Shown: positions 37,800-48,359 of the stretch, one piece after another
How positions within the stretch are numbered: the first letter of the stretch is position 1
Layout of the letters: each line of letters opens with the position of its first letter
Assembly: GCA_016186795.1 (NCBI GenBank)
Contig: JACPKY010000002.1
Span: 529,044 to 593,043 of the forward strand
Direction of reading: 5' to 3'
Origin: Candidatus Gottesmanbacteria bacterium
GTDB lineage: Bacteria; Patescibacteriota; Microgenomatia; 2-02-FULL-39-11
Length of the DNA: 64,000 nt
Position numbers and translations under genes: made by a program
Notes under the pieces: generated by a model
What the model was told of the DNA's origin: nothing
Databases searched by the model: none
What the model saw: only the letters and a program-made list of their open reading frames with translations

Positions 37800-37925
37800 G
37801 TGTTCTATATTTTTATAAATTATCTACGACAAACACCTCCACCAAAGGAGTTCTTCTTGCTTTCCTTTTCTATAAAAGGTGTGGTGCTATGCATATTTTT
37901 TATTTATCAGATCTACAAGCTAGAG

Positions 37926-38390
37926 TCAAGTGATTCTTAGAATTTTATAGATTATTTTACCAGCTGGAGCCTCCACTTCTACTTTTTCACCAACTTTTTT
38001 TCCGAGAAGCGCTTTCCCAAGTGGAGATGAGTGAGAGATTTTTTTCTCAGAAGGATTTGCTTCCCATTCACCAACAATCGTAAATTCTTCCTTCTTCCCG
38101 TCAATATGAAGCGTCACTTTGCATCCGACATCGACTTTTGATCTCGAATGTCCTGAGATTACTTGTGCATCATTGATAACTTTCTCAAGCTCGGCAATCC
38201 GGCCATCAATGAATGCCAAATCTTGTTTGGCTGCAGCATATTCGCTATTTTCTGATAAATCTCCCTGTCCACGAGCATATGCAAGCCTCGAGACAACATC
38301 AGGACGCTTCTTATTCAGAAGCTCGTCGTATTCGGTTTTCAGCTCTGCCAACCCTTCGGGGGTAAGCACCACTTTTTGTGTTTGATCCAT
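37926..38390 (-). CDS. greA: Transcription elongation factor GreA
   Basis: N-terminal coiled coil (LTPEGLAELKTEYDELL) and C-terminal FKBP-like domain. 154 aa. Confidence 0.85.
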   Translation of the reverse strand: MDQTQKVVLTPEGLAELKTEYDELLNKKRPDVVSRLAYARGQGDLSENSEYAAAKQDLAFIDGRIAELEKVINDAQVISGHSRSKVDVGCKVTLHIDGKKEEFTIVGEWEANPSEKKISHSSPLGKALLGKKVGEKVEVEAPAGKIIYKILRIT

Positions 38391-38480
38391 ATTCTATCAA
38401 TAAATCCCCCTCAAACTGAATATTAAAGGAAAATTGAAGTAGGGGGAAGGTACGAGTAAATATAGCGGTTTTCACGGCTG

Positions 38481-38510
38481 TTGTCAATAACCTATAGAGG
38501 GAGGTATAAT
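38481..38510 (+). promoter_or_regulatory. Near-consensus sigma70-type promoter for tRNA-Glu
   Basis: TTGTCA at 38481-38486, an 18-nt spacer, then TATAAT at 38505-38510, ending 8 nt before the mature tRNA 5' end. Confidence 0.5.
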
Positions 38511-38518
38511 CTCACTAC

Positions 38519-38592
38519 GCCCCCATCGTCTAGCGGCCTAGGACGGCAGGTTCTCAACTTGCAGATCAGGGGTTCGAATCCCCTTGGGGGTA
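38519..38592 (+). tRNA. tRNA-Glu (anticodon CUC)
   Basis: Manual cloverleaf: acceptor GCCCCCA/TGGGGGT with G1-U72, D-arm TCTAGCGGCCTAGGA, anticodon stem GCAGG/CTTGC, loop TTCTCAA, T-arm AGGGG-TTCGAAT-CCCCT. Overall it is very similar to E. coli tRNA-Glu. CCA is not encoded. Confidence 0.85.
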
Positions 38593-38595
38593 CTT

Positions 38596-39315
38596 CTATT
38601 TATTTTTAATAATTTGGAGAAAATTCTCGAAGAATTTGCGAGCCTGACTCTTCATTTTCGAAGCGTATTCTCTCGCTTGATTTTTCAATAGTGTTTCATC
38701 GATATCAAAATCTTTATGGATCCACTTTCGATCCACTTCTATCTGTGTTTCAACCATCTCGGGGGTAAATTCCATATGGAAAAGACACCCGTATGCACTT
38801 CTATAAGAAAATGCCTGATTTTGACAAAGCGGAGACGTAGCAAGATGTGTTGCATCTTTTGGTAGATCAAATGTATCGCCATGCCATTGCAGCACATCAA
38901 TAATATCTGAAAATCCCCTAAAGAGTGGACTTTTCTGCCCCGCAGAAGTTAGATGTACCCGATAATACCCGATCTCTTTGACATGTTTCCCCTTTTGAAT
39001 ATTGGGATGGACTTTTGCACCCAATGCGTGTGCAAGTAGCTGGCTCCCTAAACAAAGACCAAGAATAGGAATCTTTTGTTTTACCGCCTCTTTGACTGCT
39101 GCAATTTCATCATCACGAGAGGGAAAAATATCAGCAGGCTCATAGACTCCCATCGGTCCCCCCATCACAAGAAGTCCATCGAAGAGTGAAATTTTCGGTA
39201 TCGAGTATTTCTCCCAAAAAGATATCGTCGGGAGTTGTACCCCAAATTCTTTTGCAAACTCTGATAGACTTCCAGGGTGTTCGTGAGATACATGTTGGAA
39301 GACAAGAACTTTCAT
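38596..39315 (-). CDS. Class I glutamine amidotransferase-like protein
   Basis: GLCLGSQLL (nucleophile Cys) and a later His (WHGDTF). Confidence 0.6.
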   Translation of the reverse strand: MKVLVFQHVSHEHPGSLSEFAKEFGVQLPTISFWEKYSIPKISLFDGLLVMGGPMGVYEPADIFPSRDDEIAAVKEAVKQKIPILGLCLGSQLLAHALGAKVHPNIQKGKHVKEIGYYRVHLTSAGQKSPLFRGFSDIIDVLQWHGDTFDLPKDATHLATSPLCQNQAFSYRSAYGCLFHMEFTPEMVETQIEVDRKWIHKDFDIDETLLKNQAREYASKMKSQARKFFENFLQIIKNK

Positions 39316-39380
39316 TTTTTGATATTCTGAAAGATTTTTCTTTTAGTCTACTACTTTTATAAATCTGCTAAAATAGGAAG

Positions 39381-40286
39381 ATGAGAGACTATTCATTTCG
39401 GTACCACCAAGGTCAACCTCCTCCCAGAAAAAAATCCCGTTTCTTAATCATTGTTTTTATCGTTGCAACAATCATTTTTGGTTCCTTTATGCTGCGAAAA
39501 CCATCGGTTTCAAACGATATTCCGAATTTCGGGAAAAAATCAGTTGCAGACCTGGTAAATACTGAAATACCCAATCTTCTTTCTCAAGAACCAGGGGTAT
39601 ATACGATATATATTTATGATATACAAAATAACATTGGCTACGGCATCGGTGAGAAAACAACAATGACTGCAGCGTCAGTTAATAAAGTTCCCATCTTAGC
39701 TACCCTCTATCACCTTGCAGGAATTGGGGAAATTGATCTTGAAAGAACCGTTGTGACTCAAAAAGAAGATATTCAAGACTATGGGACGGGCTCAATCCGA
39801 TACGAAGAGCCGGGAAAGACGTATTCAGTTAAAACTCTTGCTCGACTTATGATGCAAAAATCAGATAATACTGCAGCATATATTCTTTCTACCCATATTC
39901 TTGGAGTAAAAAAAATTCAGGAACTAACAAACAGTTGGGGACTTATACAAACAAATATTGAAAAAAATTCCTCATCGCCTTCCGACATGGGACTGTTGCT
40001 TCTCAAAATGTATAAAGGAGAGATTACAAATCAAGCCTTAACACTTGAAATGTTGGAGTTTATGACAAATAGTGATTTTGAGGACAGAATTCCTACAGGT
40101 GTACCACATGAAGTTGAAGTCTATCACAAAACGGGTGATGAAGTTGCAAAAATTCATGACGTGGGAATTATTGATAAAAAGGGGCATCCCTACATTCTGG
40201 CAATTTTCACAAGTGAGATGTCAGATAATGAGCGAACAAAAAGAATCATGGCAGAAATCTCACGGAAAGTCTACACGGCGTTTTAG
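39381..40286 (+). CDS. Class A beta-lactamase-like serine hydrolase, N-terminally membrane-anchored
   Basis: SVNK (SxxK), SDN and KTG occur in the canonical order and spacing, with an N-terminal TM anchor. Confidence 0.6.
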   Translation: MRDYSFRYHQGQPPPRKKSRFLIIVFIVATIIFGSFMLRKPSVSNDIPNFGKKSVADLVNTEIPNLLSQEPGVYTIYIYDIQNNIGYGIGEKTTMTAASVNKVPILATLYHLAGIGEIDLERTVVTQKEDIQDYGTGSIRYEEPGKTYSVKTLARLMMQKSDNTAAYILSTHILGVKKIQELTNSWGLIQTNIEKNSSSPSDMGLLLLKMYKGEITNQALTLEMLEFMTNSDFEDRIPTGVPHEVEVYHKTGDEVAKIHDVGIIDKKGHPYILAIFTSEMSDNERTKRIMAEISRKVYTAF

Positions 40287-42742
40287 GAATGAAGTCGTGC
40301 AGTAAGGGTTTGTGGTACAACTTGAGGTACTTCAATATCTTCTCTGACTGATTTGACCAGTGCTACATGTAATACCTGATCCATGTGTTCAACAAACACG
40401 AACCTCAGATCGTCCAATACGTATGTCGGTATATCCTCCAGATCTTTCTTATTATTTTTCGGTAAGATGATTGTTTTTATTCCTGCTCGATGAGCGGCAA
40501 TGACTTTTTCTTTCACTCCGCCAATTTCAAGTACTCTTCCCCGAAGTGTCACTTCGCCTGTCATGGCAACGTCTTTTTTCACTGCGACTTTCGTAAGAGC
40601 CGAAACGAGAGCTGTCGTTATGGCAATTCCTGCTGATGGACCGTCTTTTGGTACTGCTCCTTCGGGCACGTGAACATGGACATCAAGGGTTTGGTAAAAT
40701 TTGTCTGGAAGCCCAAGGTCGTGGGATTTGGCACGAATATAGGATAGGGCTGCTTTGCAGGATTCTTTCATAACATCTCCGAGCTGACCTGTAAGAGTAA
40801 GATTTCCCTTCCCCTTCATGAGTGCTACTTCGATAAATAGTATATCTCCCCCTGCCTCAGTCCAGGCAAGTCCGGTTGACATACCCACTTCATCTTTTTT
40901 CTCTGCAAGGTATGATGTGTATTTATACGGGCCCAAATATTTATGAAGTTTGGAAACTATGAGCGTTACTTTTCCTTTTTTGCCTTCAACAACTTCCCGA
41001 GCCACCTTTCTACATACGGTTGCAATTTCTCTTTCAAGACTTCGTACACCTGCTTCTCTTGTATATCTTGTAATAATTTCATGAAGCGCTTTATCGCCAA
41101 ACGTTATATTCTCTTTCGAAAGTCCATGCGCAGTGAGCTGTTTTGCTACTAAATGGTCTTTTGCAATATGAAATTTTTCATCCTGCGTATATCCGGCAAA
41201 ATGAATAATTTCCAGTCTGTCTCGAAGAGCAGGTGGAATCGTATCCAAAATATTGCATGTGGTAATGAACATGACATCAGACAGATCAAATGGGACCTCC
41301 AGATAATGATCAGAGAATGCATGATTCTGTTCAGGATCAAGTGCTTCCAAAAGTGCAGCTGAAGGATCCCCACGGAAGTCCGAGCCGACTTTGTCGATCT
41401 CATCAAGCATAAAGACTGGATTTTTCGTTCCCGCCTGTTTTACTCCCTGAATTATTCTTCCTGGCATAGAACCGACATATGTTCTTCTGTGCCCACGAAT
41501 CTCTGCTTCATCCCGAATCCCTCCCAAGGAAACTTTTACAAACTTTCTGCCAAGAGCCTTGGCAATAGATCGGCCAATTGAGGTTTTGCCGACTCCAGGG
41601 GGTCCGACAAAACAGAGAATTGTCGGTGTTGAAACTCTTTTTGCCGGTTCTTTTGCTTTCGTTTCAGCTTTTGCACCTTTATCAGAGAGGATATTCCCAG
41701 TCTCCATTGAATGTCGAAGTTTCATAACAGCCAAGTATTCCATAATCCGCTCCTTGATTTTCTTAAGGGCGTAATGATCTTGATCGAGAACTTTAAGGGC
41801 CTCAGCCAAATCAACATTATTGGCTGAAGATGCACTCCAAGGCAGATCAATCAACCAATCGAGGTAGGTTCGGATATATGATGCCTCCGGATTATATGAA
41901 GACATTTGGGCAAGACGTTTGAGCTCTTTTTTTGCTTTATCTTCAACATCGACCGGCATGCCAACTTTTTTGATTTTCTCTGCCAATTCTTTTATTTCTT
42001 TTGATTCACCCTCTTCCCCTAGTTCTTTCTCAATTGTTTTCAACCGTTCCCTCAAAACTGCTTCTTTGACTGATTTGTCAAATTTCTCCTGGGTTTTACT
42101 GGCAATTTTTCGCTCAATCTCAAGGATTTTGACTTCATGCGTCAAATATTCTGCAATTTTGGTAAGTTTTTGATCAACATTTCGCATTTCCAAAAGTTGT
42201 TGCTTCTCTACTGGTTTAATATCCAAAACTGCAGAGACATGGTTGGCAAACTCCGATGGTGAAAGTCCTGACATGATGTTCATAAATGAAAGAAAATCAA
42301 CTGATTTCCCAAGGTTGACAGCCTTTTTCAGCTCGGTACTGATATGATTTACCAACGCTACAATTTCGTCTGATTGGATAACCTCATCTGGTACTTCGAC
42401 GACATTGGCAAGGAAATACGGGTCAGTCGACTGATAGTGAGTAATTTGAACACGAGAAATTCCTTTTACCAGTGCGTTTATCTCTCCATCGGTTTTGAGA
42501 ATTCTTTCAATTCGGGCAATCGTTCCAATTGCATGTAAATCTGTCGGTTGTGGATCGTGGATATGTGGAGTTTTTTGCATCGCAAGGACAACCATTCTAT
42601 CTGTTGAATTGGATGTCTCAATTGCAGCGAGCGATTTTGGCCTACCAAACGTTAAGACAATTTCTGTATTTGGGAAAACAACACCATCTCTTATGGGAAT
42701 AACGGGAAGAACTTTAGTTTGTGTTAGATTCGCATCAGGCAT
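40283..42742 (-). CDS. lon: ATP-dependent protease Lon
   Basis: LON N-domain, AAA+ Walker [10 protein letters not shown] and protease-domain [17 protein letters not shown] (catalytic Ser). Confidence 0.9.
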   Translation of the reverse strand: MPDANLTQTKVLPVIPIRDGVVFPNTEIVLTFGRPKSLAAIETSNSTDRMVVLAMQKTPHIHDPQPTDLHAIGTIARIERILKTDGEINALVKGISRVQITHYQSTDPYFLANVVEVPDEVIQSDEIVALVNHISTELKKAVNLGKSVDFLSFMNIMSGLSPSEFANHVSAVLDIKPVEKQQLLEMRNVDQKLTKIAEYLTHEVKILEIERKIASKTQEKFDKSVKEAVLRERLKTIEKELGEEGESKEIKELAEKIKKVGMPVDVEDKAKKELKRLAQMSSYNPEASYIRTYLDWLIDLPWSASSANNVDLAEALKVLDQDHYALKKIKERIMEYLAVMKLRHSMETGNILSDKGAKAETKAKEPAKRVSTPTILCFVGPPGVGKTSIGRSIAKALGRKFVKVSLGGIRDEAEIRGHRRTYVGSMPGRIIQGVKQAGTKNPVFMLDEIDKVGSDFRGDPSAALLEALDPEQNHAFSDHYLEVPFDLSDVMFITTCNILDTIPPALRDRLEIIHFAGYTQDEKFHIAKDHLVAKQLTAHGLSKENITFGDKALHEIITRYTREAGVRSLEREIATVCRKVAREVVEGKKGKVTLIVSKLHKYLGPYKYTSYLAEKKDEVGMSTGLAWTEAGGDILFIEVALMKGKGNLTLTGQLGDVMKESCKAALSYIRAKSHDLGLPDKFYQTLDVHVHVPEGAVPKDGPSAGIAITTALVSALTKVAVKKDVAMTGEVTLRGRVLEIGGVKEKVIAAHRAGIKTIILPKNNKKDLEDIPTYVLDDLRFVFVEHMDQVLHVALVKSVREDIEVPQVVPQTLTARLHS

Positions 42743-42801
42743 AGTTTTAGCAGTGTAACAAACAGAGTGCTAATTGTCAAGCGTGAATTCCCCTCCTTTG
42801 A

Positions 42802-43659
42802 TTATACGAACTCTTCAAACAGTTTTTCAATCGTCTCTTTTGGTGCATTTGGAAGTGAAATGAGAGGACTCTTTGATAGTTGAGGCGTCTGATCAACGTA
42901 GGTTGGTTTATCTTCCCGAAAGAATATACCAACCGGTATTTTATCTGTCCATTCCAGGGATTTTTGAAACGCGTACCCACGATCATTCGGAACATAGGAA
43001 TCCGGAAGTTGATAAATATGATCTCGATACCACTGATAGGTGTTCACGTGGTTGAACGTTACACACGGTTGGAAAACGTCAATGAAGGCAAACCCGCGAT
43101 GCCTCAATCCTTCGGCAAAAATTTTTGTAAGATTTGGTATGTCCCCTGCAAACCCCCTGGCAACAAATGTAGCACCAGAAGCAATTGCGATTGCCAGTGG
43201 ATTTACCGGATCTTCAATCACCCCAAAGGGGGTTGATTTTGTTTTAAATCCTTTCTGAGCCGTTGGGGCAGTCTGTCCTGTTGTCAATCCATACACCTGA
43301 TTGTCATGGAGAATCATCTTTATGTCGATATTTCTTCTTGCTGCATGAACCAGATGGTTTGTTCCCTCCCCAAACGTATCCCCGTCTCCTGCAACGACAA
43401 TCGTAGGAAGTGTATGATTTGCCAAATGAAACCCTTCAGCAACAGGAATTGGTCTCCCGTGAAGTGTTTCAATGGCATACGACTGAAGAAAATTCACCAT
43501 ATGTCCGTGGCATCCTATCCCATAGACAAGTACAAAATCTGTAGGATTCCACCCTAATAGAACGAGCGTCTGTTTGAGGGAAGCCCATATGCCAAAGTCC
43601 CCACACCCTGGACACCAGTTTGGTTGGCATGGCGTTTTGAAATCGGCAAAATCAGACAT
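42802..43659 (-). CDS. 2-oxoacid:ferredoxin oxidoreductase, beta (TPP-binding) subunit
   Basis: CPGCGD motif and TPP-binding GDGD region. Confidence 0.8.
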   Translation of the reverse strand: MSDFADFKTPCQPNWCPGCGDFGIWASLKQTLVLLGWNPTDFVLVYGIGCHGHMVNFLQSYAIETLHGRPIPVAEGFHLANHTLPTIVVAGDGDTFGEGTNHLVHAARRNIDIKMILHDNQVYGLTTGQTAPTAQKGFKTKSTPFGVIEDPVNPLAIAIASGATFVARGFAGDIPNLTKIFAEGLRHRGFAFIDVFQPCVTFNHVNTYQWYRDHIYQLPDSYVPNDRGYAFQKSLEWTDKIPVGIFFREDKPTYVDQTPQLSKSPLISLPNAPKETIEKLFEEFV

Positions 43660-45424
43660 ACTTTTTCAATCCCTCGATAATATCTTCTGGGTAAAACGGT
43701 CTTCCATCATATTTTAATATCTTATTTTTTATTTCATATCCAGTCTTCATCCGGATAAGATCGGCCATTTGTCCATTATGATTCCCTTCTACATCAATAA
43801 CTCTCTTACAATTTCCCAAAATACGAGAAACTGCAACTGTTGGGAAAGGATTCACGTAGTTTAACTGGACATAATTTACCGATATTTTCCCTTCTTCCTT
43901 GAAATTTTTTATTGCTTCTAGAGCTGCTCCTTTTGTTGACCCCCAGCCGATAACCGTCACATCGGCATCTTTTTCTCCATAGATCACAGGGTCAGGAGCT
44001 ATTTTATCTGCAGCCATCTGTTTCTTCATTCGCTTCTCGATCATCTTTCTCGTATTTTCTGCACTCTCTTCTGAATAACCATATTCATTATGTTCATCGG
44101 AATTTGCTCGGAATACGCCTTTTTTTCTCCCTGGGATTCCACGCGGAGAAATACCATCTTCGGTGAATGTATATCGGGGAAATTCGATTTCTTTTCCTTG
44201 CTCCCTCTCAGTTGCAATTTTCCCCCGATCGATACTCACCTTACTCGCCTCGAAGATTGGAGTCGAATATCTCGTCTCGCAAAGATATTTATCCACAAGA
44301 ACAAATGTCGGTGTCTGGTATGTATCTGCTAGATTAAATGCAACAGATGTCAGATAAAATGCTTCCTGGGCATCCCCTGGGGCAACTACAAGTCGTGGAA
44401 ATTCTCCCTGTGAGGCATTGAGGACAAAGTGAAGATCGGCTTGCCCAGTCCAGGTAGGAAGCCCGGTTGCAGGACCTGGACGCATCCCCATCACAATAAC
44501 AATCGGTTGCTCTATCATCCCTGCTAGTGATGTTCCTTCGACCATTAAGGAAAACCCGCCTCCGGATGTCGCAACCATTGATCTTACTCCTGCAAACGAT
44601 GCACCAATAGCCATATTGATCCCTGCTATTTCGTCTTCCGGCTGTTTATAGACAATCCCCATTTTTTCCTGAATGCTTGCCATAAGATTTAAAATCGCAT
44701 TAATCGGTGTCATGGGGTATGCGGCAAAAAACTTCATACCTGCGGAAATTGCACCAAGTCCTACAGCTTCTGCTCCAGTCACAACCATTTGTTTTTGTGT
44801 TTGTTTCGGAGCTTCTTTCTTACTTGCAAATTCTTTAAAATTAGAAAAAATATAGTCATATCCCTTCCGTGCCGCAGAAACATTAAGTGTAGTGACTTTC
44901 TCGCCCTTTTTAGCAAATTGAGACGTTAAGATATTTGAAAGAATTTCAAAATCGATACCCAAAATTGCCATACTCACACCAAGCGCTACGGTATTTCGCA
45001 TAATCAGATCTCCGCCGACACTTTTAGCAAGGGTAAGAAGAGGAACTGAGAGAAAATTTGCACTTTCTGGAGTTTTCTCAATTTCGTATTGACTCCCATC
45101 GTAGATAACAATCGCGCCACCGCCGAGTTCTTCTCTATGATACTCAATTGTTTGCTTATTGAGAGCAACGAGCACATCAACAGGTTTATATTGTGCAGAA
45201 AGTTCATCGGGAGAAAAGGTAATCGAAACGGTATTGTGACCTCCCCGGATAAGGGATGGATACTCGTTTATTTCAATAATATGAAAGCCGGACCTAGCAA
45301 GAGCTTTGGAAAGGGTCAATCCCGAAACCATGATACCAAAACCAGCCTCGCCTCCGATTTTCCACGTTTTGTAATTCATAGGTAAGACGAATATTTTGTC
45401 GGTCCAGGAAATAAATTCCTTCAA
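43652..45424 (-). CDS. 2-oxoacid:ferredoxin oxidoreductase, fused gamma-alpha subunit
   Basis: N-terminal gamma-like domain (GGEAGFGIMVSG) followed by an alpha-subunit core (TGAEAVGLGAISAGMKFFAAYPMTP). Confidence 0.8.
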   Translation of the reverse strand: MKEFISWTDKIFVLPMNYKTWKIGGEAGFGIMVSGLTLSKALARSGFHIIEINEYPSLIRGGHNTVSITFSPDELSAQYKPVDVLVALNKQTIEYHREELGGGAIVIYDGSQYEIEKTPESANFLSVPLLTLAKSVGGDLIMRNTVALGVSMAILGIDFEILSNILTSQFAKKGEKVTTLNVSAARKGYDYIFSNFKEFASKKEAPKQTQKQMVVTGAEAVGLGAISAGMKFFAAYPMTPINAILNLMASIQEKMGIVYKQPEDEIAGINMAIGASFAGVRSMVATSGGGFSLMVEGTSLAGMIEQPIVIVMGMRPGPATGLPTWTGQADLHFVLNASQGEFPRLVVAPGDAQEAFYLTSVAFNLADTYQTPTFVLVDKYLCETRYSTPIFEASKVSIDRGKIATEREQGKEIEFPRYTFTEDGISPRGIPGRKKGVFRANSDEHNEYGYSEESAENTRKMIEKRMKKQMAADKIAPDPVIYGEKDADVTVIGWGSTKGAALEAIKNFKEEGKISVNYVQLNYVNPFPTVAVSRILGNCKRVIDVEGNHNGQMADLIRMKTGYEIKNKILKYDGRPFYPEDIIEGLKKYV

Positions 45425-45475
45425 ACATTTTTTCCTGCAGGAATTTTCATAGGGTAAAACGAATAATAAAGAGGA

Positions 45476-45739
45476 TTACGGGTATACCTGCTTACCCGTT
45501 TCATCGGTTATGATGATTGCTGCAACCGGACACGATTTCGCCGAATCCATCAAAACGTCAGGATTTTCTTCATCGCAAGTATCAAGAAAAATTGCTTTGG
45601 CTTCGTTATCCAATGCAAATGTCTTTGGCGCAACGGCAACGCACGATGCAGCCCCGATGCACAAATCACGATCGACAACGACTGTCCAGTTCCCAATCTT
45701 TCGTGGCCCAGACGGTGGAGCTGACTTATTTTGATCCAT
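45476..45739 (-). CDS. Single-cluster [4Fe-4S] ferredoxin
   Basis: Cys spacing DLCIGAASC ... C ... SCP resembles Thermotoga/Pyrococcus-type ferredoxins. Confidence 0.65.
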   Translation of the reverse strand: MDQNKSAPPSGPRKIGNWTVVVDRDLCIGAASCVAVAPKTFALDNEAKAIFLDTCDEENPDVLMDSAKSCPVAAIIITDETGKQVYP

Positions 45740-45768
45740 ATCCCCTTTTTCTTTTTATAATCTACTTT

Positions 45769-46152
45769 TTAGACCTTGGCAAGTAGCAATGTTTTGTGGA
45801 CGACCTCAAGTGGAAGAGTGGCACATTTAATTCTGGCTGGAGTAAGAACGGTGCCAAGGAGCTTTAAAATATCTTCCGTTTTTAGCGTCAAAACTTCCTC
45901 CTTCGTTTTCCCTTTCACAAAATCTGTCAAAAGAGAAGCAGATGCAATGGATATTGCGCACCCTTCCCCTGAAAAACGGATATCTTCGATCATCTTTTTA
46001 CCCGGCAATTCCTTTATTCTGATTTGAATTTTGATTCTATCGCCGCAACTAGGATTTTCTTCTTCAGAAATTACAGATGGATCAGAAAGGATTCCAAAAT
46101 TTCTGGGATTTTTATAATGGTCCAAAATATTGTCGCGGTAGAGATTATCCAT
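45769..46152 (-). CDS. sufU: SUF Fe-S cluster assembly scaffold SufU (NifU/IscU-like)
   Basis: YKNPRNFG, CGDRIKI, GEGCAISIASAS and IKCATLP are the SufU signatures. Start chosen at MDNLYRD. The ORF-track version extends to 46182. Confidence 0.75.
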   Translation of the reverse strand: MDNLYRDNILDHYKNPRNFGILSDPSVISEEENPSCGDRIKIQIRIKELPGKKMIEDIRFSGEGCAISIASASLLTDFVKGKTKEEVLTLKTEDILKLLGTVLTPARIKCATLPLEVVHKTLLLAKV

Positions 46153-47377
46153 TGAAAAGACGAGTGGCTTTCTCAATGCCACCTGCTAGTAAATCTACCT
46201 CCTCTTTCGTATTGTAGATGTAGAAACTAGACCTTGCTGTTGCAGAAAGCTTTAAATATGTATGAAGCGGCATTGCACAGTGGTTGCCGGAACGAATACA
46301 GATATTATCACTATCCAATACTTGTGCGAGATCATGCGGATGTACACCCAAAACGGTAAATGCGACAACACCACCTTTTCTTTCTGCCCTTTCTGGCCCG
46401 AAGATTTTTACTCCTTTCAGCTGCCCAAGAACTTTTAATGCGTAACGAGTAACTTCTTCCTCGTGCTTCCGCACCGCATCCATCCCAAGCGTTGAGAGGT
46501 AATCAATGGCTGCACCAAGTCCGATAGTCCCGGCAATGTGAGGAGTTCCTGCTTCAAATTTATGAGGCGCATCTTTGAAAATTGTCTTCTCTAAGTAAAC
46601 CTCTTTGATCATCTCTCCCCCTGTCTGGTATGGTGGCATTTCTTGTAACAAGTCATACTTTCCCCAGAGAACGCCAACACCAGTCGGAGCAAGCATTTTA
46701 TGGCCAGAAAAAACAAAGAAATCGCACCCGAATGTTGAAACGTCAACAGACATATGGGGAACTGCTTGTGCTCCGTCAATTAAAATAATCGTTTTGGGAT
46801 TTTTGGACTTGATGCGACGGATTACTTCCTTCATAGGGTTGATTGTTCCCAATACGTTTGATACGTATGTCAAGACAACCAATTTGGTACGGGAAGTAAT
46901 GAGTTTCTCCAGATGATCTATATCTAGTTCATAGTCTGGTGTTATTCCTGCGTATGAAAGCTTTGCACCAGATTTTTGGGATATTTCCTGCCACGGAACA
47001 ATATTTGCATGATGTTCCATCACTGTTGAAACAATCTCGCTCTCGCGATCTAGATGTGCTCTCCCCCATGTTGCTGCGACGAGATTAATTGCCTCGGTAG
47101 CATTTCGCACAAATACTATTTCATTTTCGGACTTCGCACCGATAAACTTCGCAACCTTCACTCGTGCATCTTCGTATTTTTGTGTCGCTTCCTCAGAAAG
47201 TGTATAGATTCCCCGGAAAATGTTGACGCTGAATTTCGTGTAGTACTCCATTATTGCATCGAGAACGAGCTTCGGTTTGAGAGAAGAGGCAGTAGAGTCA
47301 AGATAGACAATCGGTTTGCCATGTATCGTACGAGTAAGTATAGGAAAATCCTTGCGGATGAGATGTGTATCAAACAT
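46145..47377 (-). CDS. sufS: Cysteine desulfurase SufS
   Basis: Class V aminotransferase. FSGHKMLAPTGVGVLWG carries the PLP Lys, and RSGNHCAMPL carries the catalytic Cys. Confidence 0.85.
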   Translation of the reverse strand: MFDTHLIRKDFPILTRTIHGKPIVYLDSTASSLKPKLVLDAIMEYYTKFSVNIFRGIYTLSEEATQKYEDARVKVAKFIGAKSENEIVFVRNATEAINLVAATWGRAHLDRESEIVSTVMEHHANIVPWQEISQKSGAKLSYAGITPDYELDIDHLEKLITSRTKLVVLTYVSNVLGTINPMKEVIRRIKSKNPKTIILIDGAQAVPHMSVDVSTFGCDFFVFSGHKMLAPTGVGVLWGKYDLLQEMPPYQTGGEMIKEVYLEKTIFKDAPHKFEAGTPHIAGTIGLGAAIDYLSTLGMDAVRKHEEEVTRYALKVLGQLKGVKIFGPERAERKGGVVAFTVLGVHPHDLAQVLDSDNICIRSGNHCAMPLHTYLKLSATARSSFYIYNTKEEVDLLAGGIEKATRLFNG

Positions 47378-47403
47378 AGAGTAGAAAGTTATTAAACTAC
47401 CGA

Positions 47404-47715
47404 TTAATCTACTGCCACGAGGATATTTTCTCCATCAACTTTGGTCTTATATACTGTAATTGGTGATGTTGCGGGTGGAGCGAGAACGCCCCCGGTTGAA
47501 ACATCAAACTGTGCACCATGGCAATAACACGTGAGTGTATATCCATCTAAGAATCCTCCTGCAAGGGCACAATGCTCATGGGTACATTCTGCCTGGAAAG
47601 CAAAGTATTCCCCATCGGTATTTGCTACGGTAATTTTTTTCCCACCAAGGGTAAATTCCTTCATTTTCCCGGGTGGAAGATCCTCTGTTGTCGTTACTTT
47701 TTGGAAATCAGCCAT
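47404..47715 (-). CDS. Rieske [2Fe-2S] domain protein embedded in the SUF cluster
   Basis: CTHEHC ... CYCHGAQF, i.e. the CxH...CxxH Rieske ligand pattern. Confidence 0.7.
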   Translation of the reverse strand: MADFQKVTTTEDLPPGKMKEFTLGGKKITVANTDGEYFAFQAECTHEHCALAGGFLDGYTLTCYCHGAQFDVSTGGVLAPPATSPITVYKTKVDGENILVAVD

Positions 47716-47726
47716 AATGCCCTCTA

Positions 47727-48356
47727 TTATACTAATGCATGCAACTGGGAATAAAGCTTGCTCTCGATATCTTTCCTAATATTGTCATTCGGAATTCTGC
47801 GAAGCACGTCCTGATAAAACCCTTTAATTAAGACTCTTGAAGCATCTTTTTGTGTAAGTCCCCGTGTCTCCAAATAATACATCTCATCCTCACGAAGTTT
47901 CCCAATAGTTGCCCCGTGGGTACACCGTACATCATTTGCTTCTATTTCAAGAGTAGGTCTTGTGTCTGCCCAAGAATTCGGAGACATGAGAAGTGTTTGA
48001 TTCTTCTGGTATGCGTTGGATTTTTGAGCATCTTTCTCAATCCGTATAAGGCCTGAATAGTAAACTTTCGCCTCATCGAAAAGAACTGATTTAATAAGAA
48101 GATCACTTACACTCTCGGGTTCAACGTGATCTTGAAACGTGTAGAGCCGTACATGTTGCTTTCCGTACCCCACTATCAATCCTAAAATTTGAACATCTGC
48201 GTTTCTTCCTGATATGAAAATTTTTACATCGCCCTCGGAATTTTTTCCATCGGTCAGCACAATAACAAATGTCTTTTTCTCTCCTTCGTTTACGGAAAAC
48301 TTTTGATCTTTTTCTAAGGAGTTAATTACAATAGTATCGCTATCTCTCTTTTCCAT
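47727..48356 (-). CDS. sufD: SufD-like Fe-S assembly protein, short form
   Basis: C-terminal beta-helix region conserved with SufB/SufD. Only 209 aa. Confidence 0.6.
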   Translation of the reverse strand: MEKRDSDTIVINSLEKDQKFSVNEGEKKTFVIVLTDGKNSEGDVKIFISGRNADVQILGLIVGYGKQHVRLYTFQDHVEPESVSDLLIKSVLFDEAKVYYSGLIRIEKDAQKSNAYQKNQTLLMSPNSWADTRPTLEIEANDVRCTHGATIGKLREDEMYYLETRGLTQKDASRVLIKGFYQDVLRRIPNDNIRKDIESKLYSQLHALV

Positions 48357-48359
48357 TTT

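Noticed and set aside
38391-38470. tcccccT ... Aggggga inverted repeat in the greA 5' region
   Set aside because: A 7-bp stem with a 29-nt loop is weak. It overlaps the probable greA RBS (GAGGGGG) and is most simply the SD region plus chance complementarity.
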